From Promethearchaeota archaeon (GTDB taxonomy: Archaea > Asgardarchaeota > Lokiarchaeia > Sigyniarchaeales > SOKP01): DNA of 64,000 bases. The notes under the pieces are model-generated. The model did no database searches. It was not told the DNA's origin and saw nothing but the letters and a program-made list of their open reading frames with translations. The position numbers and the translations under genes were made by a program. The stretch covers positions 1 through 64,000 of the forward strand of contig JBHLLU010000017.1 of the NCBI GenBank assembly GCA_048938895.1, in the 5' to 3' direction. Positions 40,297 through 50,531 of the stretch are shown piece by piece (position 1 is the first letter of the stretch; every line of letters starts with the position of its first letter).

Positions 40297-41079
40297 ATGA
40301 TAGAAATATCAAATCTTTCAAAATCCTTTGGAAGTTTTAAGGCTGTAGAAAATCTCAACATGAATATTCAAGCGGGTGAGATATACGGTCTTATTGGTCC
40401 CAATGGTTCAGGAAAAACGACAACGATTTTAGTCTTATTAGATATTTTAGATCCAGATCCAGGTGCTACTATAAGGATAGATGGAAAGCAGATCCCAAAA
40501 AACATTAATCAAGTTTATCCTAAGATTGGGTTTATGCCCCAGGAGCTTTCTTTATATTTAGATTTAACAGTTGAGCAAAATTTAAAATTTTTTGCAGATT
40601 TATATCAAATACCTAAACCCGATATTCATCCTCGTATTAAAGAAGTCCTTAAATTAATAGACCTCACAGAGTATAAAAAGAGATTAGTCTCCAACTGTTC
40701 GGGAGGAATGCAAAGACGATGTTCTCTTGCAGTTGCCCTACTGCATAAACCAGAAATTCTAATTTTAGATGAACCTACTGTAGGGGTAGATCCTGAACTT
40801 AGAATCGAATTCTGGAATTATTTTAAGAGAATCTCAAAAGAACAAGGAGTAACAATACTCATTACAACTCATTATTTAGCAGAATCAGTAAATTGTGATC
40901 GAATTGGATTAATGAATAAAAGAATTTTGATCTCGGGAACACCTATAGAATTAATGGAGAAGGTAAAAAACCTCAAAAACCTTGAAAACCTTCCAGACAT
41001 GGAGGAAGTTTTTATCTATTACACGGAAAAGATGAAAAGAAAAGAATTTGGAGGGCATGAAGATGGGTATCAGTTTTAG
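40297..41079 (+). CDS. ABC-2 type transporter ATP-binding protein
   Basis: GPNGSGKT, SGGMQRR, ILDEPTVGVD, TTH. Confidence 0.93.
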   Translation: MIEISNLSKSFGSFKAVENLNMNIQAGEIYGLIGPNGSGKTTTILVLLDILDPDPGATIRIDGKQIPKNINQVYPKIGFMPQELSLYLDLTVEQNLKFFADLYQIPKPDIHPRIKEVLKLIDLTEYKKRLVSNCSGGMQRRCSLAVALLHKPEILILDEPTVGVDPELRIEFWNYFKRISKEQGVTILITTHYLAESVNCDRIGLMNKRILISGTPIELMEKVKNLKNLENLPDMEEVFIYYTEKMKRKEFGGHEDGYQF

Positions 41080-42220
41080 AAGGATCATGGCAATAACTCG
41101 AAAAAATCTTTTAGCTCTATTACATGATAAAAGAACATTAGGATTACTTATTATGATGCCTATCTTTTTGATGCTTCTTTTCGGATTAGCTTTTGGACGA
41201 CCTGTGAGACATGTACCTATCAAGATTGTTAATTTTGATGAAGGCGGAGAAGGTATACCATTAATGGGGATAAACGATACTCAATTCTCTGAATTATTTA
41301 CAGAAATCCTGAAGGAAGACAATAGAGTGGATGTCAAGGTATTGGATTTAAGCACATTTAGCCTTTCAAAAGAGGAGTCAAAAATCTATGGTGGAAATGA
41401 TTATTATGCACTAATTGTAATACCTATAAATTTTACAGAGGATATGCTAAATTTTTCAAAAAATATAGAATTATCAACATATATAGATGGAAGCGATCCA
41501 CAAACAATAAGTTCTGTGATAGGTGCAGTTTCAGAAGCCATTGGAAGAGTGATTAATGAGATAACTGGGGAGGAATCTCATTTAGAATTGAATCTTATCT
41601 ATGTTGCAGGAGACCCGAGTTTGAGACCAATTGATTCACTTGGACCGGGGATTCTTAGTTTTGCACTCTTTTTATTTATGATATTAACTGTTACGGGAGG
41701 CCTTACTAGGGAACGAGTGAGAGAGACATTATACAGAGTTAAAACGACATCCACTTCCAAATCAGAAATGATGATTGGATATTTACTGGGAAATTCGTTA
41801 ATAGCATTAGTCCAAAGTGTACTTTTACTATTGATTTCAGTCCTATTCTTTCAGATTCATATTGTTGGTAACATTTTTTTATTGTTTTTTATACTATTCA
41901 TCTATGCAATGTCTTGCGTCGGAATGGGTATTTTTGCTTCCACTTTTGCCAAAAATGAGCTCCAAGCATTTCAATTCATTCCATTACTCCTAATACCTTC
42001 AATGTTCTTCTCAGGATTTATATTTCCTATAAATTCATTCCCACCAGTATTTCAATATGTTTCATATGTCATTCCCATGACCTATTCAATAAGAATTAGC
42101 AGAGCAATAATGATTAATGGTTTTGGTATAGAGATGTTTTTCTTGGATTTCCTTATAATGACACTATTAACTTTAGTATTTTTAGTACTTGCTATTGTCG
42201 TATTTAAAATGAGGAAATAA
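41057..42220 (+). CDS. ABC-2 type transporter permease
   Basis: DGSDP extracellular domain, TRER, FSGFIFPI; ATG at 41057 after GGAGG. Confidence 0.9.
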   Translation: MKMGISFRRIMAITRKNLLALLHDKRTLGLLIMMPIFLMLLFGLAFGRPVRHVPIKIVNFDEGGEGIPLMGINDTQFSELFTEILKEDNRVDVKVLDLSTFSLSKEESKIYGGNDYYALIVIPINFTEDMLNFSKNIELSTYIDGSDPQTISSVIGAVSEAIGRVINEITGEESHLELNLIYVAGDPSLRPIDSLGPGILSFALFLFMILTVTGGLTRERVRETLYRVKTTSTSKSEMMIGYLLGNSLIALVQSVLLLLISVLFFQIHIVGNIFLLFFILFIYAMSCVGMGIFASTFAKNELQAFQFIPLLLIPSMFFSGFIFPINSFPPVFQYVSYVIPMTYSIRISRAIMINGFGIEMFFLDFLIMTLLTLVFLVLAIVVFKMRK

Positions 42221-42278
42221 AACCTGAAGCCAAATTTATCATTTAAAATATGGAAAACCTAATGAAAGAACATTCGTT

Positions 42279-43334
42279 CTATTTATATAAAATTTTATGC
42301 AGTTCTTCTCTAATTTTTTTGGTTTTTTTATCTTTTATCCAATATCTTATTTTTGAAGATCTGAGAAAAGATTGAACATGTTTGTTAAGTTCAATTAATT
42401 TTTCACGATCCTCTTTAGATAATTGTGGAACTTCTTCTTCGATTTTCTTTTTTACTTTCTCAACTTCTTCTTCAAGAAGGGGAATTGAGATTTGTTCTTT
42501 ACCAGTTATTAATTTTTTTCGAAAAATTTCCTTAATGCTGTTAACCCAGCCTTTAATCCATGGATAATTACCCATATTTTTAGGTTCTTTAATTGCAATT
42601 TCTTTCCTTTCCACAATTATTAAATCATCAGGACAAGAGTTTTCACAAGCACCACAATAAAAGCAATCATCTTCATTACAGGCAATTTTACCGTATTTTT
42701 TTACATCTTCTGCTTTTTCTGGAATAAAAAAGGATTCAGTTGGACAAATGTTGACACAGGCTTTACAGCCCTGAGGATCGCATTTATGTAACATATTTCT
42801 CTTGATAATAACCTCCCCTTTTAAAGGTGAGTCTATTGAGAAGCAGTTGGTTGGACATTCCTTTTCAATCTTATAATAACTCTTTATATGGTTCCTTTCT
42901 CTTACATCCAAACATAATTGACAAATTTCATTTTTTTTATCCTCAATACATTTCTCAGTATCAATTTTATAGAATTTATCTATAGTTGGATATTGATCTA
43001 AGTCAATTTTTCCCTCAGGCTTGATATTCTCATGAAATGCATCGTTTGGGCAGATAATCGCACAAAGCATGCAATAGCAACATTTTTCATAATCGATTAG
43101 AATCTTAGGATTAGTTTCATCTAGGATTTCTTGAGCAATCTCTGGTATTGGCCCGAGCGCTATTGCATCTGTAGGGCATACTAGTTTGCATAAGGAACAT
43201 CCTATACATTTCTTTATGTCATAAGTTAGATTTTTATCAACATCTTGATATTTCCATTTTAAAATTAATTGATCTGGGCTGATCTCAAGATCTTTTTCAA
43301 TTATCTCATCCTTATTTTCTTCCTTAGAGATCAT
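42279..43334 (-). CDS. Polyferredoxin (FwdF-like 4Fe-4S protein)
   Basis: Multiple CxxCxxCxxxCP motifs, including CDPQGCKACVNICP. Confidence 0.85.
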   Translation of the reverse strand: MISKEENKDEIIEKDLEISPDQLILKWKYQDVDKNLTYDIKKCIGCSLCKLVCPTDAIALGPIPEIAQEILDETNPKILIDYEKCCYCMLCAIICPNDAFHENIKPEGKIDLDQYPTIDKFYKIDTEKCIEDKKNEICQLCLDVRERNHIKSYYKIEKECPTNCFSIDSPLKGEVIIKRNMLHKCDPQGCKACVNICPTESFFIPEKAEDVKKYGKIACNEDDCFYCGACENSCPDDLIIVERKEIAIKEPKNMGNYPWIKGWVNSIKEIFRKKLITGKEQISIPLLEEEVEKVKKKIEEEVPQLSKEDREKLIELNKHVQSFLRSSKIRYWIKDKKTKKIREELHKILYK

Positions 43335-43689
43335 TTTAGATAAGATTACCTTTTAAAAAGAGTGAATTCTAATTAGTTCAACATAAACATCTCTAATAAT
43401 CTTATCTATTAAATAAAAAAGGAATGGGGATCAATTATCAAAATCCATCAGAATATCTTGTTCAACACATCGATTTTGAAATTTATATTGATAAGATGAT
43501 TAATTTTCATTAAAATGAGAGTTAAATTTTTGTAAATCGATAATAATAAATAGATAAAATTCTGTACTTGTTTTGCAAATAAAATTAATTAAGATTTGAT
43601 ATTGCCTATAAATTTAGGTTGAATGTTTAAGCAATACAATTTCTCTAGAGGAATTTAATAGATTTTATTTGGTTTAGGAGGGATTTTCA

Positions 43690-44070
43690 ATAAAAAAGAT
43701 TTTTATTGCTGAGGATGACAGAGACCTACAACGGCTTTATGAATTACTTCTAAGTATGTCAGGATTTCAAGTACTAGACTTTGCAAGTAATGGAGATGAG
43801 GCTATCGAAATGTATAAGAATTTTCAAGAGAAACCAGATATTATTATCCTTGATTATAGAATGCCAATCAAGAATGGGATTGATACGTTAAAAGCTATTT
43901 TAGAAATCGATATAGATTCAAAAATTATTTTTGCGAGTGCAGATAGGAGTATACGAGAAAAAAGTTATTTTTATGGGGCAGTTGGATTTTTAGATAAACC
44001 CTTTACGCATAAGAAATTAGTAACCACTTTGAATAATATTTTAGATATTTCCCATCCGATTAAAATCTAA
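43690..44070 (+). CDS. Response regulator receiver; probable ATA start
   Basis: The essential acidic pocket IFIAEDD lies upstream of the ATG at 43756; ATA at 43690 follows GGAGGG. Confidence 0.85.
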   Translation: MKKIFIAEDDRDLQRLYELLLSMSGFQVLDFASNGDEAIEMYKNFQEKPDIIILDYRMPIKNGIDTLKAILEIDIDSKIIFASADRSIREKSYFYGAVGFLDKPFTHKKLVTTLNNILDISHPIKI

Positions 44071-44095
44071 TATTAAACGAAATTTCTTTCTTTTT

Positions 44096-44578
44096 CTAGG
44101 AATAATACTCATAGCTTTGTCTATCAAAATATTTTATATATTCGACGGGAATACCCTCAGGTTGATAATCGGGTGGAGCATAAATCAACCTTAAATTAGG
44201 GAAAAAGCTTTCTATTCCTTGCTTAGCAAGTATAATAGCAGGATGATCTGCTTCTTTAAAAATTGCCTCACTTATTCTCAAAGTAATATCCCGGCATTGC
44301 TGCTCATTTAATACGCCAAGTGAATGAATATATTCATGTAAAAGGATATGATATGTGTAAGCCCAAATAATTTCATAAGGCTGATCATCAAGAAGTATTT
44401 CCAGTGGCGTTTTATTCATAACTATATCAGTCCCTGGAGATATATAGTAACCACCAATAAAACCAATGAAACCCATATTATTCATCCCCATTTCGACCAA
44501 TCCTAACGTAAGTCCTGCTCTTTGACGACCAGTTACTCTTCGAACATCCCGTTTAACGCGTTCGAATATTTCAGGCAT
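44096..44578 (-). CDS. HEXXH Zn-metalloprotease-like protein
   Basis: ILLHEYIHSLG; last gene of the hsp20-cdc48 cluster. Confidence 0.7.
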   Translation of the reverse strand: MPEIFERVKRDVRRVTGRQRAGLTLGLVEMGMNNMGFIGFIGGYYISPGTDIVMNKTPLEILLDDQPYEIIWAYTYHILLHEYIHSLGVLNEQQCRDITLRISEAIFKEADHPAIILAKQGIESFFPNLRLIYAPPDYQPEGIPVEYIKYFDRQSYEYYS

Positions 44579-44637
44579 TTCTTTCTTTAGATCTTCGAGT
44601 TTTACTTTTATTACCTCATAGAATATAATAATTTTAC

Positions 44638-45411
44638 CTAAATATCAAAAAACCAATCATCTTCATCTTCAATCAAGAAATCCATCATTGTAGTCAAGTC
44701 TCTGAGTAAATGGCGGACAGTAAGTTTATTCACATCTCTACGTATTGGACCCATCTCTGTGAAAATATCATCTAATAACTTATCAATATTTATTCTCTTA
44801 AAATACTTAGCAGGGTTATAGAAAAGAGTATAGAAAATCTCTTTTTCTAAATTGGGTTGTTCCTTAGTCTTTAAATTATCCTCAAATTGTTCTGCCATTA
44901 GATTTTTAAGCTCAATAATAAAAGCCTCTTTATCACGAAGTAAAGCATTTCTTTCCTTTTCCAGTACGTTTATTTTCTGTTCAATTTCTTTTATTCTCTC
45001 CCCAATAAATCGAAATTTTTGATCTGCATTTTTAATTTTTTGATAATCAACATAACATCCAATATCTTTTATTTCTAAATTATCATCTACTTTTGACACA
45101 TTATAATTGATATTATAGTAATCAGGGGTGATATTTATTCTCAGAGACAAGTTACTTTTAATTCGATATTTAATATTCCTTGGATCATCCCCGAAACTTT
45201 CAATTATCCCATAATCAGAAAGCATTTTGAGTTGAGAATGAATTGCTTGTCTTGATATCTTCTTTCCGAAGGAAGCTGCTAATTCAGAAGCACCAAGAGG
45301 GACTTTAGCTAATTTCGATAAAATAATTCTTCTTGTGGGATTACCTAAAATTTCAAGTAAATTATCTAGACTAAGGAATAAGTTTCCAATTTTTTGTTCT
45401 TCCACTTCCAT
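44638..45411 (-). CDS. ArsR-family wHTH regulator with coiled coil (heat-shock repressor HSR1/Phr-like)
   Basis: ILGNPTRRIIL, ISRQAIHSQL; gene context. Confidence 0.8.
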   Translation of the reverse strand: MEVEEQKIGNLFLSLDNLLEILGNPTRRIILSKLAKVPLGASELAASFGKKISRQAIHSQLKMLSDYGIIESFGDDPRNIKYRIKSNLSLRINITPDYYNINYNVSKVDDNLEIKDIGCYVDYQKIKNADQKFRFIGERIKEIEQKINVLEKERNALLRDKEAFIIELKNLMAEQFEDNLKTKEQPNLEKEIFYTLFYNPAKYFKRINIDKLLDDIFTEMGPIRRDVNKLTVRHLLRDLTTMMDFLIEDEDDWFFDI

Positions 45412-45455
45412 TATTCTTAGCCTTCACTCAATTTTATTATAGCTATAATTTATAA

Positions 45456-47681
45456 TTATCTATATAATTCTTCTGATGGTTCTTTTGAATAAAATTCATG
45501 AGATTTTTTAGCTTTATCAGCAGATTTTAAAACTTTAGTAATTGCTTCATCAATTTCTTTGTATGATATTTTTACAGCTTTCACAGAATTAGCATCTTGA
45601 GTATTGATATTAGGATCTGATACCGCTTTCCGAATCGTCAATAATGTTGCTTCTTCACATATCGCTTGAATATCAGCCCCAGTATAACCTTCCAAAGCAT
45701 CTGCTAGTTTACTAACATCTACATCAGCGGCAAGAGGTTTGTTTTTAAGATGAATATTAAATATTTCTATTCTTGCCTGTTTATCTGGCATAGGAATTTC
45801 AATATGCCTTCCAAATCTTCCTGAACGTAATAAAGCGGGATCCAGCATGTCTTGTCGGTTGGTTGCTGCAAGCAAAATGACGTCTTTTAGTCCCTCTAAA
45901 CCATCCATTTCTGTGAGTAATTGTGACACTACTTGCTCAGTTACTTGAGAACTGGCAAATCTACCTCTCATTCCGGCAATTGCATCAATTTCATCAAAAA
46001 ATATGATACAAGGTGACGCTGATCTAGCTTTTCGAAAGGTTTCTCTTACAGCTTTTTCGCTTTCTCCTACCCATTTTGATAAAAATTCAGGACCTTTAAC
46101 GGAAATAAAATTAACCTCACTTTCATGAGCTAATGCTTTTGCTAATAATGTTTTTCCCGTTCCAGGAGGTCCAAATAATAATATTCCATTGGGTGGATTT
46201 GAATTAAGATGGCGATATAAGTGAGGATATTTTAATGGCCATTCAATAACTTCTTGCAATTGCTGCTTTGCATCTTCCAATCCACCGATATCATCCCATG
46301 TCTCGGAAGGTTGGGTTATAAGAACCTCTCTTAATGCTGATGGTTCAATACTATTTAAAGCAGTTTCAAAATTTTTCATGTTAATTTGAAGATCAATTAA
46401 AATTTCTGGTGGAATTGGCTTATCTAAATCAATTTTGGGCAATATTGCTCGTATTGCTAGCATCGCAGCTTCTTTTGCTAAAGATTCAACATCCGCCCCT
46501 ACGAATCCATGGGTCTTCTCAGCAATAAGATGAAGCTTAACATCACCATGCAATGGCATCCCTCTAGTATGAATTAGTAAGATCTCATATCTACCATTAG
46601 TATCTGGAACCCCGATTTCAATTTCCCTATCAAATCTCCCAGGGCGTCGAAGTGCTGGATCAATGTCATTAACTCGATTTGTTGCTCCGATAACAATAAT
46701 TTCGCCCCTTCCTTCTAAACCATCTAACAAAGAGAGAAGTTGAGCTACAACTCTTCTTTCAACCTCCCCGGTTACTTCACCTCTTTTAGGTGCAATGGAA
46801 TCTAGTTCATCTATAAAAATTATCGATGGTGCCATCTCTTTTGCTTCTTCAAATACTTTTCTTAAATTCTCCTCACTTTGACCATAAAATTTACTCATTA
46901 TTTCTGGTCCACTTATCGTTATAAAATGTGCTTCAGTTTCATAAGCAACCGCCCTTGCAAGTAGGGTTTTTCCTGTTCCTGGTGGACCATGAAGTAACAC
47001 ACCTTTAGGGGGATCTATACCTATTCTTTTAAACAATTCAGGATGTCTGATAGGTAATTCAATCATTTCTCGTATCTTTTGAATTTCTTCTTCTAAACCA
47101 CCAATATCTTCATAAGTTACTCTTCTACGTTCCAATTCTTCTAATTCTTTAGATGTTTTTTCAGAAATCGTAATTTTAGTATCTAAATGAATCCGTACAG
47201 CATCTGCTTTGGGTGTATAATCAACAACTATAAAATCAATCCTTCTACCCATCGCATTAAAACTTAATATATCATGTTTGGTAATTACTCTATTTTCTAA
47301 CATTCTAACTAGCTGATCAGACCTTCTGATAATCACTGATTCTTCGACACCCGCAAAAGTTATCCTATCTGCAAGACTTGCTTCGATTTTTCGTATTTCA
47401 ACCATGTCGTCTAAAGATGCGCTAAGATTTCTTCTTAGAGAAGAATCAATTCTGATTGAACGTGATCCTCGATCTTCTTCTTTCCCTGGGAATAAGAGAG
47501 CAGCAGTTTTCTTTCCCTCATTACGATTGGCAATTTCAATTACATCTCCATTTTTAAGACCCATTTCTTGAATTACCACAGGATCAATCCTTATTCGACC
47601 CCTTCCTGCATCTCCTTTATATGCATCCCTTATTCTTACTTTTCTTCCATTTCCTTTATATTCCCGAGTTACTTCACTCAT
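45456..47681 (-). CDS. cdc48: CDC48/VCP AAA+ ATPase
   Basis: N domain plus two [11 protein letters not shown] modules, [18 protein letters not shown]; C-terminal LYR (HbYX). Confidence 0.97.
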   Translation of the reverse strand: MSEVTREYKGNGRKVRIRDAYKGDAGRGRIRIDPVVIQEMGLKNGDVIEIANRNEGKKTAALLFPGKEEDRGSRSIRIDSSLRRNLSASLDDMVEIRKIEASLADRITFAGVEESVIIRRSDQLVRMLENRVITKHDILSFNAMGRRIDFIVVDYTPKADAVRIHLDTKITISEKTSKELEELERRRVTYEDIGGLEEEIQKIREMIELPIRHPELFKRIGIDPPKGVLLHGPPGTGKTLLARAVAYETEAHFITISGPEIMSKFYGQSEENLRKVFEEAKEMAPSIIFIDELDSIAPKRGEVTGEVERRVVAQLLSLLDGLEGRGEIIVIGATNRVNDIDPALRRPGRFDREIEIGVPDTNGRYEILLIHTRGMPLHGDVKLHLIAEKTHGFVGADVESLAKEAAMLAIRAILPKIDLDKPIPPEILIDLQINMKNFETALNSIEPSALREVLITQPSETWDDIGGLEDAKQQLQEVIEWPLKYPHLYRHLNSNPPNGILLFGPPGTGKTLLAKALAHESEVNFISVKGPEFLSKWVGESEKAVRETFRKARSASPCIIFFDEIDAIAGMRGRFASSQVTEQVVSQLLTEMDGLEGLKDVILLAATNRQDMLDPALLRSGRFGRHIEIPMPDKQARIEIFNIHLKNKPLAADVDVSKLADALEGYTGADIQAICEEATLLTIRKAVSDPNINTQDANSVKAVKISYKEIDEAITKVLKSADKAKKSHEFYSKEPSEELYR

Positions 47682-47738
47682 AATCTTCTCATAATATCTT
47701 TTTTCTTTAGATAAATTTTAAATCCATAAAATTTCTAA

Positions 47739-48362
47739 TTACTGCTTCATAGCATTACTGATTCTTATCATAGCAATCCCATTATTTATTTCCATTTTAC
47801 ATTCTGATTCTGAAGATTTAAAAGGTAGAGGTATGGTCTTGATATACATGCGTTTTTCATTTTTAGCTATAAATTTTAATTTTTTTCCTTTTTCCTCAAA
47901 TTTAATTTGGACATTTTCCTCATCCATTCCGGGAATCTCAATAAGTATTTCAGAAAAACCTTCGTTATCACATATTTCAGTATATGGCTCTAATAGTTTT
48001 CTTTCTGATTCTTTATCTTTATGAAAAGTAGTATCCAATGAAAGTGCATCTGCATCAATTTCTTTAGTAGATTGTGATCTATATAGATCATTCAGTTTTG
48101 GGATTTTTGATACATCAATGTTCTTTAAATAATCACGTATGTTTTTATCATCAAGATTACCATCAACTTTTATCTCTGGTTTGTCCATTCCTGGCTCATA
48201 ATGATATGATATCTTGAATCCCTTTACACTTTTGTTATTAGGATTTTTATTAAAATTAATATCTGATTCTGGAACAAATAAAAAATCTATATCAAACATA
48301 TCAGAATCTAATTTAAAATACTTCTTAATTCGGTCAATAAATTCATCAAAATCATCCCTCAT
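47739..48362 (-). CDS. Hsp20/alpha-crystallin family protein
   Basis: EPYTEI...IEIPGMDEENV...INNGIAMI; upstream of cdc48. Confidence 0.75.
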   Translation of the reverse strand: MRDDFDEFIDRIKKYFKLDSDMFDIDFLFVPESDINFNKNPNNKSVKGFKISYHYEPGMDKPEIKVDGNLDDKNIRDYLKNIDVSKIPKLNDLYRSQSTKEIDADALSLDTTFHKDKESERKLLEPYTEICDNEGFSEILIEIPGMDEENVQIKFEEKGKKLKFIAKNEKRMYIKTIPLPFKSSESECKMEINNGIAMIRISNAMKQ

Positions 48363-48387
48363 TATTTCCTACCTACATTATTTAAAA

Positions 48388-48406
48388 TGTCAATTTTGTC
48401 TTGACA
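48388..48406. promoter_or_regulatory. Inverted repeat TGTCAA-N7-TTGACA, candidate operator of the hsp20-cdc48-ArsR operon
   Basis: Perfect 6-bp arms between a minus-strand TTTTTATA box (~48443-48450) and the hsp20 start. Confidence 0.5.
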
Positions 48407-48491
48407 ACTTCATGCATTACGTTTAAAATATACTAAACGATCTATAAAAACTTATCGATTCTATAAAATAAAGAAAAGAACATATGAGAAG

Positions 48492-50456
48492 TTAATTTAA
48501 AGGCATATGATAGTAATCTTTTAATAATCTAGAAAAGTTTTTTACATCCAAGTCAAAGAGTTGAATGAATAAGAAATTGATTATCTTCTGAATGGATTCT
48601 TTGTTATTAATATTTAATTTTTTAGGGACATTATCTTTTATCAGATTATAATTCACTGAGATTTTTTGGCTGAATTTTAGTAATTCATTAAATAATTCAT
48701 CTATCTTAACAATTGAGATAGAACTGACTTTTTCCATTATGAATAAAGCTAATTCTTCTATGAGATTGATAATAATGCTCTTTTTTTTAGTAGAAAAAAA
48801 ATCAAGGTTAGGAATTGGTAATCCGTATTCGAGCTTGGTTTTACTTCTTTTAATGAATATGTTTTTAGCTCTGAATAAGAATGATACTATATTTGAATTC
48901 AAATAGGCAACTATAAATGGATAATTAATGCTTTTTTCGTTCAGCTTTGGCCACAGAAAATAAGTATCTGAAGTAGCATAATAGGGATCAGTTGTATATC
49001 CAAAGTGATTTTCGTTTGAAATGAATTTTAGGAAGATTTTTTGACCACTTTCGTACGAAGATTCAAGATCAACTAAAATCTCATGTGAATCTCGTTCGAG
49101 TTTTCGAATAAAAGATCCTCTTCGAGGATAATAGAAGTCATGTGGGTTTTCCTTAGCATTGATGAGGGTTTTAGACAATCTACCTTTGAATTGCTGTAGA
49201 TATTTAGTAAGATTGGGATATTTTTTTTCAAGGAATTGATATCGTTCTTTTGCTGATTGATCACTAAATTCAGATTTATTAAAGTAGATAAGGTACCCTA
49301 TGTAATCTTCTTTGTTATACCCATAAGGAATTATTGCTCTACTTTTATATATTTTTTTAAGTCTTTTTCTTTCATTTGTATTAAGTTTGAAGTACATTCC
49401 GTTAATCTGGATATAATATTGGTTCTTTTCTATTTTTAATTCTTTTCCTTCCTTTAAAATAAATATGTCATCATTAATTAAAATCAGACCGTTCCTTATG
49501 ATAAAGAAATTGTTTAGATTTAAAATTCTGTCATTTATTTTACAATAATTTTCAATTTTATCTACAATCGATTTAATCTCTCTAGGATAAAGTAGATTCC
49601 AGTTACCATTATGTTTTAAATCTTTATTAGTAATTGCTGAAACATAACTTCGTTTATAGCTTGAATCACCTTTATGGATTAGTTCCTTAAAAACTAAATT
49701 ATTAAATGAATCTTGATTCTGAGCATGCCTATGATTTCCTAAAATTTGAATTATTTTGATATCTCTATTCGTGTTATTAATTTTTTCTTGATTAGTTTTT
49801 TTTTGTAGAACGAAAATACAATTATGTTGACCTCTGGCATCATCGAATACCTTCAAATTTGATAAATCTATATATTGTAGCAGAAAACATTCATTGAGTA
49901 TATGTGGTTTCAAAAGCTTTATCCCAGTTTTTTGAGATTTGGTAATCCAATAATTAGTTGTAATAAAAGAAAGAAGGCCTCCGGGATTTAGCTTCTCAAT
50001 TCCGATATGAATGAAATAGTAGAACAAATCCATATTCCCTACAAAATATTTAGCACATATCGGATATTTCTTCATATAATCTTGGAAAACTGCTGCATTA
50101 TAGTTTTGACCTAGATAGGGAGGATTCCCAATTATGAGATCATACTTATCTTTTTCGTTAGATCCTAAGAAATTTTCAAACTTGAAGTTGACAGCGGGGT
50201 ACAAATTTAAAAGAATTTGCTTAAGGGACGTATCCATTTCAAAAGCATGGATATTTGAAAATTCATGTTGAAGGAGATATTTTAAGAAAATACCTTCTCC
50301 TACAGAGGGTTCAAGTATCTTCAAATTCTTTAGATGTGTATTACTTTTAGCAAGCAAAGCAACGATATTTCTTACCATGAATTCTGCAACGTAATCAGGC
50401 GTAAAAATTTGTCCAATTGATTGATTATTGTGATAATTACTTTTATTTGAAACCAT
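48492..50456 (-). CDS. N6-adenine DNA methyltransferase (Eco57I/TaqI-like, gamma order) with C-terminal TRD
   Basis: GQIFTP, LEPSVGEG (motif I), GNPPY (motif IV), YLNS. Confidence 0.88.
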   Translation of the reverse strand: MVSNKSNYHNNQSIGQIFTPDYVAEFMVRNIVALLAKSNTHLKNLKILEPSVGEGIFLKYLLQHEFSNIHAFEMDTSLKQILLNLYPAVNFKFENFLGSNEKDKYDLIIGNPPYLGQNYNAAVFQDYMKKYPICAKYFVGNMDLFYYFIHIGIEKLNPGGLLSFITTNYWITKSQKTGIKLLKPHILNECFLLQYIDLSNLKVFDDARGQHNCIFVLQKKTNQEKINNTNRDIKIIQILGNHRHAQNQDSFNNLVFKELIHKGDSSYKRSYVSAITNKDLKHNGNWNLLYPREIKSIVDKIENYCKINDRILNLNNFFIIRNGLILINDDIFILKEGKELKIEKNQYYIQINGMYFKLNTNERKRLKKIYKSRAIIPYGYNKEDYIGYLIYFNKSEFSDQSAKERYQFLEKKYPNLTKYLQQFKGRLSKTLINAKENPHDFYYPRRGSFIRKLERDSHEILVDLESSYESGQKIFLKFISNENHFGYTTDPYYATSDTYFLWPKLNEKSINYPFIVAYLNSNIVSFLFRAKNIFIKRSKTKLEYGLPIPNLDFFSTKKKSIIINLIEELALFIMEKVSSISIVKIDELFNELLKFSQKISVNYNLIKDNVPKKLNINNKESIQKIINFLFIQLFDLDVKNFSRLLKDYYHMPLN

Positions 50457-50531
50457 CTAATCTTAATATTGATTTAAAAATCTATAAAATTGACGGTTGG
50501 TATACAAGATAGAACTAATCAATTGGATGAT

